This document shows, one piece after another, positions 56,923 through 64,000 of a stretch of 64,000 nucleotides of DNA. Origin of the DNA: Octopus vulgaris (taxonomy: Eukaryota); the NCBI GenBank assembly GCA_951406725.2, contig OX597821.1, positions 74,090,001 to 74,154,000 of the forward strand, read 5' to 3'. The notes below the pieces were generated by a model. That model had not been told where the DNA came from. It saw nothing but the letters and a program-made list of their open reading frames with translations, and searched no databases. The position numbers and the translations under genes are program-made. Position 1 is the first letter of the stretch. The number at the start of each line of letters is the position of its first letter.

Positions 56923-57150
56923 TGTATCTTATGCATTTCTTCTTCTTCTTCTTCTTCTTCTTCTTCTTCTTCTTCTTCTTCTTCTTCTTCTTCTTCTTCT
57001 TCTTCTTCTTCTTCTTCTTCCGTTCTTGCTATTGTTGTTGTTGTTGTTGCTATTGTTGTCGAAGCGGGGTAATTTGTAAATTTAAGCACCTGGCAGGTGT
57101 TAACCTTTAGAAGTCAACTATCTAATGAGTGAGTACCTGAGTGTGGCGGA

Positions 57151-57197
<47 letters not shown>

Positions 57198-57589
57198 TAT
57201 TTGTAAATGCAGCTATAGTAATATAGAGTTGTGTGTGCGTGCGTGCGTGTGTGTATGCGTGTGTTTGTGTGCGTGCTTGTGCATGTCTGTCAATTAGTAG
57301 GGTGTGTGTCCTTTGTTGCAGATTACAAGAAAGTTATTTGATATTCAAATTAGGGTTTAATAATGCGGAAGCAATTGTTAACTATTTTTAATTATTATAA
57401 CTATAACTGGCACGAGACTACTATAATACCTTTATTTTACTATTTAACCGTGACGAAATGGAACCCAGCCCCCACCTATTAATAACTGCCTTGTGTCTTT
57501 GAATGAAAGCAGCAACAGACCTGACCTTCAGACCAATTCCTGTCTGTTTCTTCCTAAGAATCTTGTATTCTTTTGGAAATGAGAACTAT

Positions 57590-57805
57590 CATCATTCACA
57601 TGTTGGTTCCAAATGTTTGGCAGAAGGCCAGCAAATGGGAAGAGGCGTCGATTATTTCGACCCCTGTACTCAGCTGTATTTATTTTGTCGACCCCGAAAG
57701 GATGAAAGGCAAAGTGGTCCTCAGCAGAATTTGAACTCAACGTAAAGACTGACGAATGTCGCTAAGCATTTTGCTTGGCGCTGTAACGATTCTGCCAGCT
57801 CACCA
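57590..57805 (-). mobile_element. SINE family B copy
   Basis: Reverse complement gagctggcagaatcgtta...ttgagttcaaattctgctgaggaccactttgcctttcatcctttcggggtcgac. Confidence 0.85.
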
Positions 57806-57824
57806 GCTTCAAATCATTCTCAGA

Positions 57825-58509
57825 CAGTACCGTGCAAAAAGTCTTTCGCTTTTCTGGAAGCTTTCTGACAAATTCTCGCTTTATTAGAAAGTGAAACGAC
57901 CCACGTTACACGGCGAAAACAGTGAAGTGTTTGGGGGTAAATGTCTCATGCTTTGAAGATACATAAAATGTGATGGTTCAAGAAAGTTGGTTAAAATTGA
58001 CGTTAACTTGAATAGTGCCAAATACATCTCGTTGCTGAAGGACAATTTGATACCGGACTTGTATGAAGCTGAGATTTTTCAGCATGACGGAACTTCATAC
58101 CACTGATCGCATCTAACACAGCAGAGTCTGGCTGATGAAGGTGTTACTCTATCGAAAGATTGTCCAGCTCAGAGCCCTGACTTAAATATCATTGAGCAAA
58201 TGTGGACAGAACTAAAGAGAAGAGTTAACCAGAAGAATCCACGCAATCTTGAAGAGTTGTGGGAGCTCAACTACAGAGAATGGCATCTCATACCTGTAAA
58301 GATAGTGAAGGATTTATACACATCTCTTCCCAGGCGCATTGAAACAATTATTCAAGCTAAGGGAAGCCATGCAAGATATTAACAATGTACAGTAACTTCT
58401 TGAAATGAACTTTATGTAATAAATTTTCATTTTAAGCATTATTATGTTTTAAAACATCGTATCTTGGTTGATTTGTGTGAGGTGGCCAAATACTTTTGCA
58501 TGGCCATTC
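57825..58509 (+). mobile_element. Tc1-like element, internally deleted, DD35E spacing
   Basis: IFQHDG...CPAQSPDLNIIEQMWTELKRRV...LYTSLPRRIETIIQAKGSHARY; imperfect TIRs cgtgcaaaaagt / acttttgcatg. Confidence 0.88.
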
Positions 58510-59299
58510 TTTGTGGTCTTTTCGCATCATCCCCTCTCATTCAGAACCCCCTACTACAAAATATAATGATTAGGTATGGAAATGACCCCAACAGGGCCAA
58601 TGTTTCATCTGTGAAATATGCAATGCGAAACATCCACTCATAAGTTGGCAATTAGTAGAAATTTACAATAGTTTAAAGTGACCGAAGATTTTTGTACGGT
58701 TCTGTATATTAAAGAAACATATTAAAGCTAATAATCACGGCGAAATTAAGATTTTTATCTTACTTAGGAAACCATACATGGACGTAAAGCTTGCTAGAAA
58801 TGAAAGCCAAATTTTCGTTACTTCAATAACTACTGCCTTAGATATATGGTAAGGTCAGATCAGTTAATATAATACTGATTAGAATTTAAAATAGAAGGAG
58901 AGAGTCAAGGCTGGAATAGCTTTGATCATTGATCTGCTTAGTGGTTAGAGTGTTGGACTCATCATCGTAAGATTGTGGTTTCGATTCCTGCACCGGGCGA
59001 TGCGTTGTGTTCTTGTGCAAAACACTTCGTTTCACGTTGCTTCAATCCATTCTGCTGGCGTCTGGGTCTAAGGAGGAATATTTACACCAAGGAAACCGGC
59101 AAAACGATCCATGGCTCCTTAAGGAGTTACGTGGACTAAACTTACTTGAGAATAAACAAAATTATAACACGACACACTCTCACGCACACACTTGGACACA
59201 TAACACAAATGCACACACATACACACACACACACGCACACACATACACACACACAAGGGTTGGGGGCATGCATACAAAAGTAACCACCAGACTTCCACA

Positions 59300-60058
59300 A
59301 AACATCTTACGCAAGCCCGACATAGTTGTAATTCAGTAATGATGCATCTTTCGTGGTACTTATTACTAAGTGGACAATAAAATAGAAGCACCTGGACGAA
59401 TGGATCTTTAGAACTTTTAGAAGGAGAGAACAGGAAACCATTATGGTGCTTTGGAGTACATCTATCCTCACCCACTTAGACTACTGTTCCCAACTATGGT
59501 CACAACATAGTTTAAAATTAACCGGGGAAGTCGAAGCAATCTTGCGAATCTGCACAAGGAAGATTGTCTCAATGCAACAAGTGAGATATTGATAACGGCT
59601 AAAAAGACAAAAATTTACACCCGAGAAGGAAGGCTGGGAAGATATGCATTGCTATAAATCTGGAAAATCCTGGAAAGATTTGTACCAAACTTTGGCATTA
59701 AAAATTGCACAAACATCAGAACAGGACACCCCTGTATAGTGCCATAGATCCCAACATTGCCATAAAGATACAGGACCAGATGCTGCAGAAGATTGGATTT
59801 CAAGGGCCCACACTCTCCACAAAGCCTGGAAGACCTACATGGAGTGGATGTAGGTGTCTCCAAAAGAAAACTTGACCGCCAAATGATTCCGAGAGAGAAT
59901 ACTTCACATCAGGAAACATAATTGAGGGCAGCAGCATCAAAAGCCCTTATTCACCAAACGTCACATCTTCTAAGTATTGAAGGGGTAGCAAGACTCATGG
60001 CGGTGTCCCAGCATGGCAGCTACTCTCGAGCTGGTAGCAATCAAAAGAGTTCGAGATT

Positions 60059-60060
<2 letters not shown>
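59300..60060 (+). mobile_element. CR1-like LINE (second family) 3' portion, decayed
   Basis: WIFRTFRRRE...[31 protein letters not shown]; tail ggcggtgtcccagcatggc. Confidence 0.85.
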
Positions 60061-60090
<30 letters not shown>

Positions 60091-60138
60091 TGTATGTATG
60101 TATGTATGTATGTATGTATGTATGTATGTATGTGTGTA

Positions 60139-60171
<33 letters not shown>

Positions 60172-60174
60172 ACG

Positions 60175-60235
<61 letters not shown>

Positions 60236-60290
60236 GTTTATATTCATTTATGCATATCCACATAGTATTTATACACACACACACACCCAC

Positions 60291-60565
60291 ACAGTTGTAT
60301 TTCGGGACGGTAATAATTTTGCCCAACAAACACACTCATTATACATTCGTTCTTCACTCGTTTATTGGTGTTCATATTCTAACTCATGTCCATGGTCCAG
60401 AAATCTTTCGCCGCACATCTGTGACAGATGTGTGGCGAAATATTTCCGGACAATGCACATGAATTAGAGTATGAACAGCAATGAAAGAGTGAAGAACGAA
60501 TATACAGTGCGTGTGTTTATTTGGCAAAAGAGAAAAGAATGACCATCCCGAAATGCAACATCTGT
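60291..60565. mobile_element. About 275-bp imperfect palindrome (fold-back MITE)
   Basis: Centre cacatctgt-g-acagatgtg at 60423; arms pair out to gttgtatttcggga / tcccgaaatgcaac; opposite-strand ORFs give near-identical peptides. Confidence 0.92.
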
Positions 60566-60615
60566 TTCCATACATGACTTCACGTCAGGAATCTTGCAAC
60601 CACAAGTTCATAAAC

Positions 60616-60690
<75 letters not shown>

Positions 60691-60779
60691 CTCAATTATG
60701 TATACCTTGCATTTAATCTTGACTCTTTTTCTTACCCAACAGTATTGGTATACAGAATTCGTACCCACAGATCTTATGA

Positions 60780-61760
60780 AAATGATAACAACCAAACTAT
60801 GTTGATTGATTTTCTCGTATGAGTACAAACTAGGTCACTCTGCCGCAGAAGCTCTACGGAATATCAAGTGGGCCTTTGGTAATGGTTTTGTTAACATCAG
60901 AACTGTTCAGAGATGGTTCCATAGCTCTCGTTCAGGAGATGATAGCATTGAAAATAAACCTAGGGGTAGGCCAAAATCAGTTATTCGGTATGATTGATTA
61001 AATGCTTTGGTTGACCAAAATCCGAGAACAAAGGTTTGAAAACTTTCATAAGGATTTCAAACATCTCGCACAACTGTTTTGGGGCACCTTAAAAAATTGG
61101 AAAAGTCAAGAAAACAGATAGGATTATTCCACATAAACTGAGTGGGTTTCAAAAAAACAGACTCCAGGAAAAAGACCATTTTTGCATCAATGATAAATGG
61201 ATAGTTTTTGACAACTGCAGGAGAACAGGACAGTGATTAGATGCATGCGAGTCACGTAAACACTATTCAAACCCACCATTGCACCCAAAAATGTTAGTGG
61301 TCACTGTATGGTGGTCTGCGAAGGAAGTTATTCATTATTGCAGAAAGGAGAAACGGTAACAGCAGCATCGTATTGCCAGGATATTGACTGTATGCATGAG
61401 AGTTTGAAAAAGAAGCAACCCAGACTAGTGAATAGAGATGGCCCAGTTTTGCTCCACGGCAATGCACGTCCTCACACTCCTCAAGCTACGGTCCAAAAGT
61501 TGCAAAGCCTGAATTATGAGATTTTGCAATATCCTCCCTATTCCCCTGATATCTCTCCTACTGATCATCACTTATTTGAGCATTTTGAGCTTTTCGTAAG
61601 CAATAAAATATTCTTAAATTCAGAAGAGGTAGCTTAAGCATTCAGACAGTTTATCACAGCTAACGATGATTTTCTTTTCAAAGATGCAATATATGACATA
61701 GAGAAACGTTGGGTAAATGGGGTAAATGTCATAAATGAAAATGGATCATACTTTGATTAA
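60780..61760 (+). mobile_element. mariner (DD34D, cecropia-like) transposase pseudogene
   Basis: YEYKLGHSAAEALRNI...RTVQRWF...ENKPRGRP; LLHGNARPH...YPPYSPDISPTDHHLF; ends NGSYFD*. Confidence 0.92.
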
Positions 61761-61788
61761 ATATTTTATTGTTACCTTTCAAATACGA

Positions 61789-61826
<38 letters not shown>

Positions 61827-61828
<2 letters not shown>

Positions 61829-63080
61829 AGGTGGGGAAGCAAAATTTACAATGAACGTTAAGTTGTTTTTTTCTCAGCAGGCACTAAGTCAGTTGTTTTG
61901 AAACCTAGCATATATTGATGTCATAATCATACCTAACACTATTATCCTTACCTTTTCAGAAACTTTTGCCTATATGAGTAATCAAGAAAGCAAACGTCAA
62001 AGAGTGTGTGATTTGCTGAATGCACTCGTCACACCAAAGGAGATTTCAAGAATAGTTGGAGTGTCCATAAAGACTGTTTATAATGTAAAGAATAGAATGA
62101 CTATGAGCAAAACTATTACGAGGAAGTCTAGAACTGGAGGAATCAACAAAAAACGTACCAAAGCTTTTATTCAAGCTCTCAAATCCAAAATCCTAAAGGA
62201 TTCAACCAAATCAATGAGAAAAATGGCAATTGAACTTGAGGTAGACAACAAGACCATTAGAAATGCAGTAAAATATGATTTGAGGTTAAAATCTTACGTA
62301 AGAACACCAAAAAACTTGTTGACAACAGCTATGAAGGAAAAGAGATTGGAAAGGTGCAAGAAAATTCTTACATGGATGAAAAGATCTTCACTGTCGATGC
62401 TGTTCTGAACCGCAGAAATGACAGATGTATCGCAAAATCGACAGCCAACGTTAAGGGGGCATAGAAAACAAAACATCCTGCTCAAATTATGGCTTTTGGT
62501 GTTGTGACTTCCGATAGAAAGAAAATGCCTATAAAATTCTACAAAGCTGATGAAAAGATCAATGTTAATACTTACTACAAGACTCTGAGATACCAGGTAT
62601 TGCCATGGCTTAAAGCAAACTACCCAGATGGAAATTATGTATGGACACAGGATGGTGCTCCAGCCCACACAGCTAGAAAAGTACATGATTTCTGCAAATC
62701 CAACTTTAGCAATTTTTGGGAATCATGTTTATGGCCGCCTTCTTGCCCAGATCTAAACCCTCTGGATTATGCTGTTTGGGGCGTTTTAGAACATGCTACC
62801 AATATAACATCACACAGCATTGTCGACTCTCTTAAAGATAATATTAAAGAAGAATGGGAGAAGTTGTCTCCCGAATATTTGAGGAACGCCTGTGCAAGTT
62901 TCAGGAACCGTGTGAAGGCAGTTATTGAGAAAGAAGGAGGACACAAAGAATAAAAACATTTTCTATTATGTAAATTTTTTTGTGGCAAATAAATTCTCAT
63001 GATTTTCAATAAACTTATTGGTCATACACTGTCTTTCAATCCTTGCCTCAAAATATTGTAAATTTTGCTTCCCTAACCTG
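61827..63080 (+). mobile_element. DD37D (maT-like) transposon, near intact; transposase 61974-62953 with one frameshift and one stop
   Basis: TIRs caaggtggggaagcaaaatttacaat / attgtaaattttgcttccctaacctg inside (TA)n; DEKIFTVD; QDGAPAH...PDLNPLD with 37 residues between the last two Asp. Confidence 0.96.
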
Positions 63081-63391
63081 TATATATATATATATATATA
63101 TGTAAGTTAGAGATGTTTTAAACCCCTATGTATCCCTATGTCTTTCGCTCTTCTCATCTCTACATATGACTCTGCATTCCACAACTCTGCATTTACCACA
63201 ACTGGTAAACAGAAACTATCGTAAATGTACTATTACTACCACTGTTCTTTATTAATTAATTAAATTAATGGTTTACTAGCGCAAACGACTAACTCTTCTT
63301 CGTGTTATTTTCTCTCCATTTTCTTCTTGCATGATAAGTCATTAGCTATAACACATTCTTTATTCCCCACCCCCGTTTTCTTTCTGTATTC

Positions 63392-63427
63392 CTTTCTGTG
63401 GAAGAGCGTAGGCTCGAAACGTTAAAG
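63392..63427 (+). ncRNA. Minimal hammerhead-like motif with variant core
   Basis: cttt CTGTGGA a gagc-gtag-gctc GAAAC GTT aaag: perfect stems I and II, palindromic stem III, core A6 replaced by U. Confidence 0.5.
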
Positions 63428-63531
63428 ACGTTTTCACTTCCCGAGCGTTATAATAATACATCTGCGTGTTGTATATATCACCTGTCTTCGTCTTTTGCTT
63501 TTGGGGGAATTCCCCTATATGAATGTATCTA

Positions 63532-63573
<42 letters not shown>

Positions 63574-63763
63574 CAAATATTTAAGTGTTGGGTGTGTACC
63601 TTGTAGTAAACCAATGAAGCAGGTTTACTGCGTACGGCTACCTGACATCATCTCCAGTATTTACACAATTGTCGCTGGATCTACTTCAGGGGTTTCTTGG
63701 TGTTTGTTGAGTATATAACAAATGACGGAGACGGAAAATGGAATACAGGAGAAACTCCATTGC

Positions 63764-63867
63764 TCACCACGATCGTTTCGACGCAGCTAGCATCGAACCC
63801 TCGTGGGTGGGATACGGTACAACTAGTTATGGTGCATCCCTCGCTGTAGACACATCTTATCAGGTGA
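63764..63867 (-). ncRNA. Hammerhead-like fold with long branched stem II (probably inactivated)
   Basis: Minus strand tcac CTGATAA [stem II with two side hairpins] GAA ACGATCGT g gtga. Confidence 0.5.
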
Positions 63868-64000
63868 TAAGGGGATATTTCGTTAGATAAACTCAGTTTC
63901 GCTCGGTTGAAAGAAATGTTAGTGACGATATGTTTACGCCGTTAGGCTGGAGTAGCGATGGACGGATTCCGTTGCGAATTTATAGACAAAGATAGGGAGT

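Overview
Eukaryotic, very AT-rich, repeat-saturated intronic or intergenic DNA. The SINE families and microsatellite load look like an octopod cephalopod genome; this is an inference, not proven. No intact host gene is recognisable, and most ORF-track entries are microsatellite artefacts. The window holds about 12 decayed Tc1/mariner elements (DD34D, DD37D, a DD40D rosa-like element, a DD35E Tc1; two nested insertions), Helitron remnants, RTE, CR1-like and Tx1-like LINE fragments, 3-4 tRNA-derived SINE families and fold-back MITEs. The most interesting signals are RNA-structural and mechanistic. (1) A candidate HDV-like ribozyme heads an ORF-less RTE-type element at 53659-53735. (2) Four hammerhead-like folds sit in Penelope-type repeats (7177, 14407, 63392, 63764), one with a large branched stem II. 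(3) An RTE insertion preserves a 54-bp snap-back palindrome, a 47-bp target duplication and stuttered target copies. (4) A SINE and a LINE share a 3' tail. All structures were folded and translated by eye and need computational confirmation.
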